A stretch of DNA of 64,000 nucleotides from Thermodesulfobacteriota bacterium (GTDB lineage: Bacteria; DASVDK01), in contig DASVDK010000177.1 of assembly GCA_036381125.1 (NCBI GenBank), forward strand, positions 6,104-70,103, given 5' to 3'. Numbering within the stretch: the first letter of the stretch is position 1; each line of letters starts with the position of its first letter. Below, piece after piece: positions 1 through 10,122 of this stretch. A program made the position numbers and the translations under genes. The notes under the pieces were generated by a model. The model was not told the DNA's origin and searched no databases. It saw only the letters and a list, made by a program, of their open reading frames with translations.

Positions 1-855
1 TTCCAGGATCGCGTCGACGGCGAGGCGACCGAGACCGGGCCAGGAGAAGACCGTCTCCGTGAGGACGGCGCCGCCGAGCAGGGCCGGCAGCGAGAGGCCG
101 ACGGCGGTGACGACCGGGATGAGGCCGTTGCGCAGGGCGTGCCGGTAGAGGACAGCGCCGCGACCGGCTCCCTTGGCCTCCGCCGTGCGGACGTAGTCGC
201 GCCCGAGGGCGTCGAGCATGGAGGAGCGGGTGAAGCGGGCGAGCGCCGCGAACTGCGTGACGGCCAGCGTGACGGTCGGCAGGACGGCGTACCGGACCCG
301 CTCCAGGAGATCGCCCTCGAGCCCGTACGGCGCAATCCCGGCGGCCGGCAGCCACCCGAGAAGGCTCGAGAAGCCGAGGATGAGGAGGATCCCGAGCCAG
401 AAGCTCGGGAAGGAGACCCCGATGATCATCGCCGCCGACGCGAGGTGGTCGGTCGCGCGCCCCCGCCGCGCGGCCGCCGCCACGCCGAGCGGCACCGCCG
501 CGAGCACCGCGAGGAGAAGCCCCCCGGCCGTGAGCTGCAGCGTGGGGCCGAGGCGCTCGCGGATGTGGAGCATGACCGGTTGGCCGTCGCGGAACGAGCG
601 CCCGAAGTCCCCCCTCAGCGCCCCGGCCGCCCATCGGACGTACTGCACCGGAACCGGGTCGTCGAGACCGTACTGCCTCCGAAGGCTCTCCGCGACGGCC
701 GGATCGAACGTCTCGCCGACGAGCATGGCCTCGGGCCCGCCCGGCGCCGCGTGCATGATCGCGAAGAGGAGCACCGACACGCCGACGAGCAACACGGCCA
801 TGCCGGCCGCCCGGGCGGCGAGATACCGGATGCGGAGGAGCGCTCGGGTCTGCAC
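1..855 (-). CDS. ABC transporter permease, OppB/DppB-like (partial; C-terminus runs off the window start)
   Basis: Minus-strand translation reads ...VQTRALLRIRYLAARAAGMAVLLVGVSVLLFAIMHAAPGGP... near 855 and ...TETVFSWPGLGRLAVDAIL at position 1, which are hallmarks of peptide permeases. It is absent from the ORF track because it is truncated. The start is inferred as GTG near 855, with an alternative ATG at 801. Confidence 0.75.
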   Translation of the reverse strand, partial: MQTRALLRIRYLAARAAGMAVLLVGVSVLLFAIMHAAPGGPEAMLVGETFDPAVAESLRRQYGLDDPVPVQYVRWAAGALRGDFGRSFRDGQPVMLHIRERLGPTLQLTAGGLLLAVLAAVPLGVAAAARRGRATDHLASAAMIIGVSFPSFWLGILLILGFSSLLGWLPAAGIAPYGLEGDLLERVRYAVLPTVTLAVTQFAALARFTRSSMLDALGRDYVRTAEAKGAGRGAVLYRHALRNGLIPVVTAVGLSLPALLGGAVLTETVFSWPGLGRLAVDAILE

Positions 856-905
856 GCCGTCCCTTGCGGCCGCCTCGCGCCCCGCCGGCGCCCGGGAGGC
901 TCGCG

Positions 906-2062
906 TCACACCCGGACGTCTCGTGGGAAGGGCGTCCAGAGTTCGGTGCCGGTGTCGGTGACGACCACGACGTCGGAGTGACGGAAGCCGCCGAGGCCCG
1001 GCACGTAGATGCCCGGCTCGACCGAGTTGACCATGCCGGGCGCGAACCGTCCACCATTGTAGACGCGGATCTCTCCCAGCTCCTCCCGGCTCGCGGCGCC
1101 GATCATGATGCCGTGCGCGTGCCCGGTCCCGTGACGGATGTAGTCGAAGTAGCCCTGCTCGCGCAGGTAGTCCCGCGTCAGCCGGTCCACGTCGGCGAAG
1201 CGCACGCCCGGTTTCACCGCGGCCTTGCCCATGTCGAAGGCGGCGTTCACGGCGTCGAGCGCGCGCTGCTGCTCGCGGGTCGGGTCGCCGAAGACGAAGG
1301 TCCGTTCGAGCTCCATGCAGTAGCCCCAGATGACCGGGAACACGTTGAGGGCGATCAGCTCCCCTTTGCGGATCCGCTTGCCGGTCGGGTGGAGGTGGGG
1401 CGTGAGCGTGTTGAGACCGGTCTGGCAGTAGGCGTACGTGCTCGACCCGCCCTCCGGGTAGCGCTTCGCCAGCTCGACGTTCATGGCGTGCACGGCGTGC
1501 GAGGCGACCTCGAGCTCCGTCGTCCCGTCCCGCAGCGCCTCGAGGAACGCCTTCGCCCCCACCTGGGCGATCTCGCCCCCGAGCTTGAGGAGCCGCTGCT
1601 CCTCGGCCGACTTGATGATCCGCAGCCCCATGATCGCGGGCGTGACGTCGACCAGCTCGGCGTCGGGGAGCGCCTCGCGCAGGAGCCGCTCGGTGCCCCG
1701 GGAGAGGTAGTCCATCTCGACGCCGACGCGACCCCGGCCGTGCCCCTTCCGCTTCACGAAGTCCGCGATCAGGCGGATGGCGGCGACCCAGACGTTCTCC
1801 TCGTCGGCGTACGCGCGGACGTCGCCGAGCCAGGTGTCGCGCTCGGCGTTCTCCTTCTCGATCATCGCGCAGGCGATGGTCCCCTCGCCGTCGGACGCGA
1901 CGGCGACGACGGCCGGCCGCCCCCAGGCCGAGAGGAGCGGCAGGCCGCTCAGGTAGAAGGCGTTGTCGGCCGTGTGGCAGACGACCGCGTCCACGCGCGC
2001 GGCCCCCATCGCCTCCCGGAGGCGCGCCACGCGGCCCTTCATCTCCGCCGTGCTGAAGATGC

Positions 2063-2066
<4 letters not shown>
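906..2066 (-). CDS. M24-family metallopeptidase (Xaa-Pro aminopeptidase/creatinase-like)
   Basis: A 386 aa ORF with a creatinase-like N-domain and a pita-bread C-domain (…HGTGHAHGIMIGA…, …EPGIYVPGLGGFRHSDVVVVT…). It is co-directional with the upstream liv genes and overlaps livF by 4 nt. Confidence 0.85.
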
Positions 2067-2817
<751 letters not shown>

Positions 2818-2821
<4 letters not shown>

Positions 2822-3588
2822 GCCGGGCCCCCGAGGTAGGCGTCGAGCACGAGCGGGTCGCGCTGGACCTCGTCGGGGGTGCCGGCGGCGATGACGCGCC
2901 CCTCGGCCATCACGATCACCCGGTGGCAGAGCGACATGACGAGGTCCATGTCGTGCTCGATGACGAGGAAGGTCGTCCCCTCCTGGTTGCGCGCGCGGAT
3001 CGTCTCGACGATGCGGGCCATGAGGGCCGGGTTCACGCCGGCGCCCGGCTCGTCGAGCAGGGCCAGCCTGGGCCCCGCCATCAGCGTGCGGGCCAGCTCG
3101 AGGAGCTTCTTCTGGCCCCCCGAGAGGCGGCCCGCCGGGGCGTCGGCGTGGGAGGCGAGGCCCGTCAGCTCGAGGATCGCTTCGGCGCGCCGCCGGTGCG
3201 GCGCCTCCTCCGCGAGGACCCGGCCGAGCGAGACGATCGCCGGGAGGAGCCGCTCGCCCCGGCGGGCGGGGGCGGCCACGAGGAGGTTGTCGAGGACCGA
3301 GAGCGCGGCCAGCTCCCGCGGGACCTGGAAGCTGCGCACGAGCCCCCGGCGGGCCCGTTCGTGCGCGGGGAGGCCGTCGATCCGCCGGCCGTCGAACCAG
3401 ATCTCGCCCGCGTCGGGCCGCAAGAGCCCCGCGACGAGGTGGAAGGCGGTGCTCTTGCCCGCGCCGTTGGGTCCGATGAGACCGGTGATGCTGCCGGCCT
3501 CGACGTCGAGGTCGAGACCGTCCACAGCCCTGATGCCGCCGAAGCGCCGCGTGAGCCCGCGAGTCGAGAGGAGGCCGGACGGGCTCAC
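2818..3588 (-). CDS. livG: branched-chain amino acid ABC transporter ATP-binding protein (LivG-like)
   Basis: GPNGAGKSTAF, LSGGQKKLLELARTL and LLDEPGAGV motifs. GTG start inferred at 3588, overlapping the livM stop (GTGA). The ORF track fuses this gene into a 625 aa read-through frame. Confidence 0.85.
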
Positions 3589-4469
3589 GGCGCCTCCCGG
3601 CGCGCCATCGCCTCGGGGCGCCAGAGGCAGAGCGCCACGAGCGCGGCGCCGATGACCATCAGCCGGAGCGCGGCGAGCTGGACCCCGTCGATCCCCGGCA
3701 GGTAGTCCTTGAGGAAGCGGGTGCCCTCGAGGATGACCGCCACGACGACGGCGCCGAGGACGGTGCGGGCGTGGCTGCCGCCGCCGGCCGCCAGGACGGC
3801 CACGAGGACGAAGACGCTCACCTGCGCGGTGAACATCTCGGGCGCGATGTAGCGCAGGTAGTGGACGTAGAGGCTCCCCCCGAGGCCCGCGGCCGCGGCG
3901 CCGAGCACGAACGCCTGGGCCTTCAGGCGAAGCACCGACTTGCCGACCGCCTGCGGAACGACCTCGTCCTCCCGGACGGCTCGTAGCAGCCGGCCGATCG
4001 GCGCGCGGGTGATCCGGCTGAAGACCCAGCCGGTGACGGCGAGGGCGGCGACGGTGAGCGCGGCGTACGCGGCGGTGTACGCGCCGTCGGGCACGACCCC
4101 CCGCAAGGGCTGGGGGAGGTCCACGAGGCCGCGGGCGCCGCCCCCGATCCAGGCCTCGTTGAGCAGGACCAGGCGGATCGCCTCGCTGAAGCCGAGCGTG
4201 ACGATGGCCAGGTAGTCCTCGCGAAGCCTGGGGGTCACGGCGACCAGGAGGACGCTCGATGCCCCGGCGGCGGCCGCCGCCGCGGGGATCGCGAACCAGA
4301 ACGGCCACCCGGCCAGCGCGAGAAGCGCCGAGGTGTAGGCGCCGATCGCCATGAAGCCGACCTGACCCAGGTTGACGAGCCCGGTCTCGCCCCACTGGAG
4401 GTTGAGGCCGAGGGCGACGACGGCGTAGATGGCGGTGAAGGTGACGATGGCGATGGCGTACTCGAGCAT
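3585..4469 (-). CDS. livM: branched-chain amino acid ABC permease (LivM-like)
   Basis: A 294 aa polytopic membrane protein. Position in the liv operon supports the call. Confidence 0.85.
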   Translation of the reverse strand: MLEYAIAIVTFTAIYAVVALGLNLQWGETGLVNLGQVGFMAIGAYTSALLALAGWPFWFAIPAAAAAAGASSVLLVAVTPRLREDYLAIVTLGFSEAIRLVLLNEAWIGGGARGLVDLPQPLRGVVPDGAYTAAYAALTVAALAVTGWVFSRITRAPIGRLLRAVREDEVVPQAVGKSVLRLKAQAFVLGAAAAGLGGSLYVHYLRYIAPEMFTAQVSVFVLVAVLAAGGGSHARTVLGAVVVAVILEGTRFLKDYLPGIDGVQLAALRLMVIGAALVALCLWRPEAMARREAP

Positions 4470-4472
4470 CGC

Positions 4473-5342
4473 CTACCGCCCCGACGGTCTGGCGCGGCCG
4501 AGGAGGCCAGACGGGCGCCAGAGGAGGATGGCCGCGAGGATGACGAACGCCACGAGGTTCTTGTACGTGGCGGGCAAGAGGAGCGTGCTCCACTCCTGCG
4601 CGAGCCCGACGATCAGGGCGCCGACGAGGGCGCCGCTCAGGCTGCCGAGGCCGCCGAGGACGGCGACGGCGAAGACCGGCAGCAGGAGGTTCCACCCCAT
4701 GAGCGGCGACACGACGGTCTCCAGCGCCAGGAGCCCGCCCGCGACGCCGGCCAGGATCCCCGTGGCGAACCAGACGATCCGGGCCACCCGCTCGGCGTCG
4801 ATGCCGGAGGCCAGCGCCACTTCCGGGTTGTCGGCCGTGGCCCGGATCGCCTTGCCGATCCGCGTGCGCGCGAGCAGCAGGTGGCCGACGACGAGCAGGA
4901 CGACGGAGACGCCGACCATCACGAGCTGATAGGGCCCGATCCTGAGCCCGAGGACCTCGAGCGGCCGGAGCACCGGCAGGTCGAACGCCCGCATCCGATT
5001 GCCCGCGACGAACCGCACCGCGTTCTGCAGGATGAACATGACCCCGATCGACATGAGCAGGGGCGGGAGCGGGCCGTAGCGGCGCACGCGCCGGAAGAGG
5101 CCCTGGTCGAGCCCCGTGGCGAGCGCGCCGACGAGCAGGCCGGCGCCGCCCACGGCGAGCGGCAGCGGAACGCCGACGACCTGGAGCGCGACGGCGACGT
5201 ACGCGCCGACCATGACCAGCTCCGCAATGGCGAAGTTGGGGTAGTGGAGCAGGCCGTAGACGAGCGTCAGCGCCGAGGCCGGCAGCGCGAGGATGCTGGC
5301 CGAGACGAGGCCGTAGAGGGCGTACTGGGCGAGGAGGTCCAT
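4473..5342 (-). CDS. livH: branched-chain amino acid ABC permease (LivH-like)
   Basis: The C-terminal part of the 950 aa track ORF starts MDLLAQYALYGL... and is hydrophobic. ATG inferred at 5342. Confidence 0.85.
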   Translation of the reverse strand: MDLLAQYALYGLVSASILALPASALTLVYGLLHYPNFAIAELVMVGAYVAVALQVVGVPLPLAVGGAGLLVGALATGLDQGLFRRVRRYGPLPPLLMSIGVMFILQNAVRFVAGNRMRAFDLPVLRPLEVLGLRIGPYQLVMVGVSVVLLVVGHLLLARTRIGKAIRATADNPEVALASGIDAERVARIVWFATGILAGVAGGLLALETVVSPLMGWNLLLPVFAVAVLGGLGSLSGALVGALIVGLAQEWSTLLLPATYKNLVAFVILAAILLWRPSGLLGRARPSGR

Positions 5343-5407
5343 GGGCCGCGCCGGAGGAGTGGACGCGCGGGCGGACGGCATGCCGTCCGCCCGCCGCCCG
5401 GGAGCCG

Positions 5408-6631
5408 CTACCGCAGGGAGACGGTGATCGTCTTGCCGGTCTCGACGATGCGGCCCTGCTCGACCTTCGCGACGCTGAAGTTCCCGCGGCTGATGTTGCC
5501 GTGCTCGTCGAAGTCGATGGGGCCGCTCGCCCCTTCGTAGTTGATCCGCTGGCCCTCCCGGAGCCGCTTCGCGCCCTCCTCGAACCCGACGACCGCGACG
5601 CCGTCCGGACCGGACACCTGGCGCATCGTCCGGTTGATCGCCTCGCCGGAAGCCGTCCCGGCCGCCTCGATGGCGAGCGCCACGAGCTGGATCTGGTCGT
5701 ACGCCTGGGAGGCGAAGGGGTACGGCTTGCGCTCGCCCATGAGCGCGAGGAAGGCCTCGTGGGCCCTGCTGCCGCCCGCCACGCCCTCGTTGAGCATGAC
5801 GAGCCCCTCGGCCGGGCCTCGGCCGACGTTCGCGAGGAGGTCGGCCGTGACGGAGAAGCCGGGGGCGAGGAACTGCCCCTTGAAGCCTGCCTGGTACGCG
5901 TCCTTCAGGATCTGCGCCGTGTCCGGCTCGTACCCGGCGACGAGGACGACCTCCGCGCGCGACCGCACCACGCGGTCGACCTCGGCGCGATAGTTCGGCT
6001 GGTTCTCGGCGTAGGTCACCCGCTCGGCGAACTGCCCGCCGCCGGCCTCGATGCCCGCGCGGAAGGCGGCCACCATGCTGTCCGCGTAGGGGACCTGCAG
6101 CTCGAGCGCGGCCGTGCGCCGCGCGCCGCTGCCGAGCGCGTACTGGGCGAACGCCCGGCCGAAGAAGGCGTCGTCGGGCTCGGTGCGGTAGACGAAGCCG
6201 CGCTTCTGGATCTCCGTGATGCGGCTCGCGCCCGACGTGCTCATCTGCACGACCTTGTTCTCGATGCAGATGGGCGCGACGGCGAGCGTCTCGCCGCTCG
6301 CCCAGCTCCCGATCACGGCGACGACCCTGTTCACGTCGATGAGCTTCTTCACGCCGCGAACGGCCGCCTCGGGGTTGGTTTGCGAGTCCTCGACGAAGAG
6401 CCGGATCCGCCGGCCGAGGGGGCCGCCGGCCGCGTTGATCCGCTCGACGGCGCCCGTGATGGCCTTCTGCATCTCGGCCCCGAAGGGGCCGCCCGCGCCG
6501 GTGAGGGGGGTGAGGACGCCGACCGGGATCGGGTCCGCCGCCGCCGCGAATGCCCGCAGCGGCGAGGCGCCCGCGAGTCCGGCCGCCGCCGCGGCGAGCA
6601 CCGTCCGTCGAGAAACCGTCCACGTGGCCAT
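5408..6631 (-). CDS. livK: branched-chain amino acid ABC transporter substrate-binding protein (LivK-like)
   Basis: Starts MATWTVSRRTVLAAAAAGLAGASPLRAFAA (Tat/Sec-like signal) and has a periplasmic binding fold. An AGGAGG SD precedes the ATG at 6631. Confidence 0.85.
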   Translation of the reverse strand: MATWTVSRRTVLAAAAAGLAGASPLRAFAAAADPIPVGVLTPLTGAGGPFGAEMQKAITGAVERINAAGGPLGRRIRLFVEDSQTNPEAAVRGVKKLIDVNRVVAVIGSWASGETLAVAPICIENKVVQMSTSGASRITEIQKRGFVYRTEPDDAFFGRAFAQYALGSGARRTAALELQVPYADSMVAAFRAGIEAGGGQFAERVTYAENQPNYRAEVDRVVRSRAEVVLVAGYEPDTAQILKDAYQAGFKGQFLAPGFSVTADLLANVGRGPAEGLVMLNEGVAGGSRAHEAFLALMGERKPYPFASQAYDQIQLVALAIEAAGTASGEAINRTMRQVSGPDGVAVVGFEEGAKRLREGQRINYEGASGPIDFDEHGNISRGNFSVAKVEQGRIVETGKTITVSLR

Positions 6632-6761
6632 CGGGCGCCTCCTTGCCTGCTCGCCGCTTGCCGGCGACTCCCGGATAGGGTAGATGTAACCCCGTTCTGG
6701 CTCGTGGGTCAAGGTCGACTTCAAAATATTGAACTCCTGCCGGAGGGGATCGATTCCGCCG

Positions 6762-7385
6762 ATGGACGCCACCATGGCCCGCCGCCTGCGCGAGCTGCGG
6801 CACGCGAGCGGTCTGACGCTTGCCGAGGTCGCCCGGGCCACACGCCTGTCCCCGTCGTTCGTGAGCATGGTCGAGACGGGAAAGACCGACATCTCGCTCG
6901 CGCGGCTCCTCTCGCTGGTGACCGCGTACGGGGTGACCATCCACGACCTGTTCGCCGACAGCGCGACCCCTGCCGGGCGCCGGGAGGCGCGCGTGATCCG
7001 CCGCTCCGGCTACGTGTCGGTGCCGCTCGCCGACCGGGGCGTGCGGCTCCTCCTCCTGGCGCCGGCAGCCGAGCGCCGGCTCGAGCCGGTGTTGATCGTG
7101 ATCGACCCGGGGGCGGGGCTCGGCGCGCCGCTCAGGCACGAGGGGGAGGAGTTCGTGTACGTAATCGAGGGGGAGGTGACGCTGACGGTCGGACGCCGCC
7201 GCCACCGGCTCGGGCGGGGCGAGACGGCCTACTACTCGTCCACGCTGCCCCACCGGTTCGCCAACCCGGGGCGGCGGCGGGCGGTGCTCCTCGGGGGCGC
7301 CACCTACTCGCCGCTGCACGTGCACGGCATCGGCCGGGGCGTGGGTGCGCCCGCTACGCCACCGCGAGACGGACGCCGGCGGTGA
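6762..7385 (+). CDS. XRE-family HTH plus cupin domain transcriptional regulator
   Basis: HTH LRELRHASGLTLAEVARATRLSPSFVSMVETGK followed by a cupin (…EFVYVIEGEVTLTVG…). It is divergent from livK. Start chosen at MDATM because an SD-like ccggagggga precedes it. Confidence 0.75.
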   Translation: MDATMARRLRELRHASGLTLAEVARATRLSPSFVSMVETGKTDISLARLLSLVTAYGVTIHDLFADSATPAGRREARVIRRSGYVSVPLADRGVRLLLLAPAAERRLEPVLIVIDPGAGLGAPLRHEGEEFVYVIEGEVTLTVGRRRHRLGRGETAYYSSTLPHRFANPGRRRAVLLGGATYSPLHVHGIGRGVGAPATPPRDGRRR

Positions 7386-8067
7386 GGCCGGGGTCGAGCG
7401 GGCCGCGCGGCGCGCCCGCTCGCGCCGCGAGCGTGACGGCGAGCGGCCCGGCCGCGCCGACCGCGGCCACGTACTCGAGCCGGTGCGGGCCGAGCGTCAC
7501 CTCGAGGCCCGACCGCGTCGGGTCGAGGCCCGCGGCCGCGGCGACGACGGCGGCGATGCGGGCGGGGTCCCGGGCGCCGATGGTGACCGCGACGAGCCCG
7601 GTGACGCCGTTGGCGTGCGGGGCGGCGGCCGGCACGCGCGCCTCGCGGGGCGTGTCGTCCTCGATCAGGAAGGGCGCGACGCCGAGATCGGCCGGCGGCG
7701 GGAAGGCGAGCCGCCACCGCAGCGTGTAGCCGTCCGGCCTGACCCGCGTCCAGGGGGCCGGGTCGGTGTAGCGCAGGCCCGCGCGGTCGAAGGCGGCCAG
7801 GTCCGCCGCGAAGTCGGTCGTCCGCAGACAGACGTCCACGAGCCCGCCGCCCCGCTGGCCGGCGGGCCACCAGCGGTGCTCGGGGGCCGGCTCGAAGAAG
7901 GCGACGAGCTCGAGGTAGGAGCCGTCCTCGAAGGGGACGAGCGCGTTGTTCGTGCCGCGCGCATGGCGTCCGCCGGGCACGACGGTGAAGCCGAGCCGCG
8001 CGTACCGGTCCTCGGCCTCCGCGAGGTCGCCGACGAGGACCACGACGTGATCGATCCCGGCGAGCAT
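7354..8067 (-). CDS. VOC/glyoxalase-family protein
   Basis: N-terminus MLAGIDHVVVLVGDLAEAEDRYARLGFTV is typical of glyoxalase/bleomycin-resistance folds. Its ATG overlaps the stop of the upstream GntR gene (ATGA). Confidence 0.7.
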   Translation of the reverse strand: MLAGIDHVVVLVGDLAEAEDRYARLGFTVVPGGRHARGTNNALVPFEDGSYLELVAFFEPAPEHRWWPAGQRGGGLVDVCLRTTDFAADLAAFDRAGLRYTDPAPWTRVRPDGYTLRWRLAFPPPADLGVAPFLIEDDTPREARVPAAAPHANGVTGLVAVTIGARDPARIAAVVAAAAGLDPTRSGLEVTLGPHRLEYVAAVGAAGPLAVTLAARAGAPRGPLDPGLTAGVRLAVA

Positions 8068-8786
8068 CAGCGCGGAGGCGGCAGGGCGAGGACCATGCGG
8101 TGACGGTCGGCCCTGGAAAAGACCTGGCTGAAGAACACCGGCCGACCGTCGGCGTCGAGGTACCGGCGCTCGGCCTCGAGGACCGGCGCGCCGACCTCGA
8201 TGCCGAGCGCGGGCGCGAAGGCCGGGTCGGCAAGCCCCGCGGAGATCGTCTGGTGCACCGACGCGACCGCCACGCCGAAGCGCCGCGACAGGAGGGCGAC
8301 GATCCGCGTGCGCGCCAGTTCGGCCTGCGCGTCGAGCACCTTCAGGCCGAGGGCGTGAGGCAGGTAGGCGACGACGAAGGCGATGGGCGCCCGGGCGAGA
8401 TACGCGACGCGGTCGATCGCGACGACCGGGGCTTCCGGCGCGAGCGCGAGCCGCTCGGCGATGCGCGGCGTCGCGCGCACGGTCCGATGGTCGACCACGC
8501 GCAGGGCGTCGCCCTCGCCGCGCATCAACTCGACGAGCCCGCCCGGCGGCGTCTCGATGCGGTCCCTCGGCGCGCCGATGTAGAACGTCCCGCGCCCCTG
8601 CTCGCGCCGGATCGTCCCGTCACGCTCGAGCACGCGCAGCGCCTGCTGGATGGTGATGCGGCTGACGTCGAACTCCGCGCAGAGGTCCGTCTCGGACGGC
8701 AGCCGGTCGCCGGGGGTGTACTCGCGCTCGAGCCGCGCCTCGATGATGCGCTTGATCACATAGAACTTGGCGACGAGGGGGCGCAC
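8067..8786 (-). CDS. GntR-family (HutC/UTRA-type) transcriptional regulator
   Basis: wHTH PSETDLCAEFDVSRITIQQALRVLERDGTIRREQGRGTFY plus a C-terminal UTRA-like domain. Confidence 0.8.
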   Translation of the reverse strand: MRPLVAKFYVIKRIIEARLEREYTPGDRLPSETDLCAEFDVSRITIQQALRVLERDGTIRREQGRGTFYIGAPRDRIETPPGGLVELMRGEGDALRVVDHRTVRATPRIAERLALAPEAPVVAIDRVAYLARAPIAFVVAYLPHALGLKVLDAQAELARTRIVALLSRRFGVAVASVHQTISAGLADPAFAPALGIEVGAPVLEAERRYLDADGRPVFFSQVFSRADRHRMVLALPPPR

Positions 8787-8932
8787 GCCGTCGATCCTAA
8801 CATGCGGCGCCGCGACGACGTCAACGGTTGCGCGGCGCCGCGCGTCGTCTCGAGCGATGCGTTCGCCGCTTCCGCGAGGGACCGCCTACGCCATCGGCCG
8901 AGCGACGATCGCCCGTCGCCGGCGGCCGGCCG

Positions 8933-9997
8933 TCAGTAGCGGTCGTTCGGCCGCCCGAACGCGGCGCGCACGAGGGCGCCGAGCGCGCCCCGGTCCACCT
9001 GCCTGGGTATCGAGAAGCGCGTCGGCTCCGCGACGAGCCGGCCCGCGGCGTCGAACACGCCGCGAACGCCCCAGAAGCCCCGCTCGTTGCCGCCGGGCAG
9101 CCCGTACCGCAGGTCGGTGAGTTCGACCACGGCGCCTCCCCGCTCCGCCGGCCGCACCACGGCGAGCGTCTCGCCGCTCGTGAACCATTCGAACGTCCGG
9201 CCGGCCTCCGTGGCGCGCACGCGGTCGACGAGCGGGCTCTCCGGGACCGGGTAGCGGGTCCAGCGAATCGGCCGCGGCGACCAGGTGGAGACGAAGCCGA
9301 CCCACACCTCGTCCGGCCTCCGCACGACGACCCGGCGCAGCCAGATCTGGAAGATCGTCGTGTAGACGCGAACGCGGTCGTAGCGCACCCCTTCGGCGGC
9401 GAGCTGCCGCCGGGCCTCGGCTTCGGCGCGCGCGTTCTGGGCGAGACCGAGGAAGAGGTAGCCGGTCCCCACAATGAGCGCCGCGCAGGCGGCCGCGGCG
9501 GCGAGCCGCGCGCGCGCGGGGCGCAGCAACCCGACCGCCAGGGCGGCGACCAGGATCCCCGTGTAGACCGGGTCGATGATCGGCACGGCCGAGAGCGCGA
9601 AGCGCCGGGTCGAGAAGGGCGCCAGGAGTTGCGTGCCGTAGACCGTGAGGACGTCGAGGAGCGGGTGCGTGACGAGCGCGAGGACGAGGAGCGCGATCCA
9701 CGCCCGCACCCGCCCCGGGTCCGCGCCGGGGGCGGGGCCCGGGGCGCGGCGCGTCTCCCAGCGGGCGATCGCGGCGCCGAGCACCGGACCGAGCACCAGG
9801 CCGAACCAGAGCGCGTGGGTGATGCCGCGGTGGTACCGCCACTCGGCAAGCGGGCCCATGAAGGCGACCGGCACGACGTCGAGGTCCGGCAGCAGGGCGG
9901 CGACGGCGCCGACGAGCGCCGCGCGGCGGCCGAGGCGCCGGCGGAAGCCGGCCTGTCCCACGGTTGCGCCGAGGGCCATCTGGGTCAGCGGATCCAT
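8933..9997 (-). CDS. membrane-bound metal-dependent hydrolase (YdjM/DUF457-like) with C-terminal extension
   Basis: MDPLTQMALGATVG…HRGITHALWFGLVLGP…THPLLDVLTVYGTQLLAPFS matches the LexA-regulon YdjM-type hydrolase. Start moved to MDPL at 9997, internal to the 386 aa track ORF. Confidence 0.6.
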   Translation of the reverse strand: MDPLTQMALGATVGQAGFRRRLGRRAALVGAVAALLPDLDVVPVAFMGPLAEWRYHRGITHALWFGLVLGPVLGAAIARWETRRAPGPAPGADPGRVRAWIALLVLALVTHPLLDVLTVYGTQLLAPFSTRRFALSAVPIIDPVYTGILVAALAVGLLRPARARLAAAAACAALIVGTGYLFLGLAQNARAEAEARRQLAAEGVRYDRVRVYTTIFQIWLRRVVVRRPDEVWVGFVSTWSPRPIRWTRYPVPESPLVDRVRATEAGRTFEWFTSGETLAVVRPAERGGAVVELTDLRYGLPGGNERGFWGVRGVFDAAGRLVAEPTRFSIPRQVDRGALGALVRAAFGRPNDRY

Positions 9998-10122
9998 ACG
10001 CGGCTCAGGATGGCAGGCGGGAGAGAGGCCGGCAACCGGCCGTCCGGCCCGGCGGCCCGGCCGGCGTGCACGCCGCGGCCGAGCGTGCCACACTCGAGCC
10101 GAGCGAGCACCTGGAGGACGAC

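Noticed and set aside
4473-7325. Very long track ORFs (for example 950 aa at 4473..7325, 1720 aa at 13466..18628, 1018 aa at 9985..13041, 1200 aa at 35379..38981)
   Set aside because: They are artefacts of stop-codon scarcity in 72% GC DNA. They lie antisense to, or out of frame with, genes that have clear family matches, and they translate to Arg/Pro/Gly-rich low-complexity sequence.
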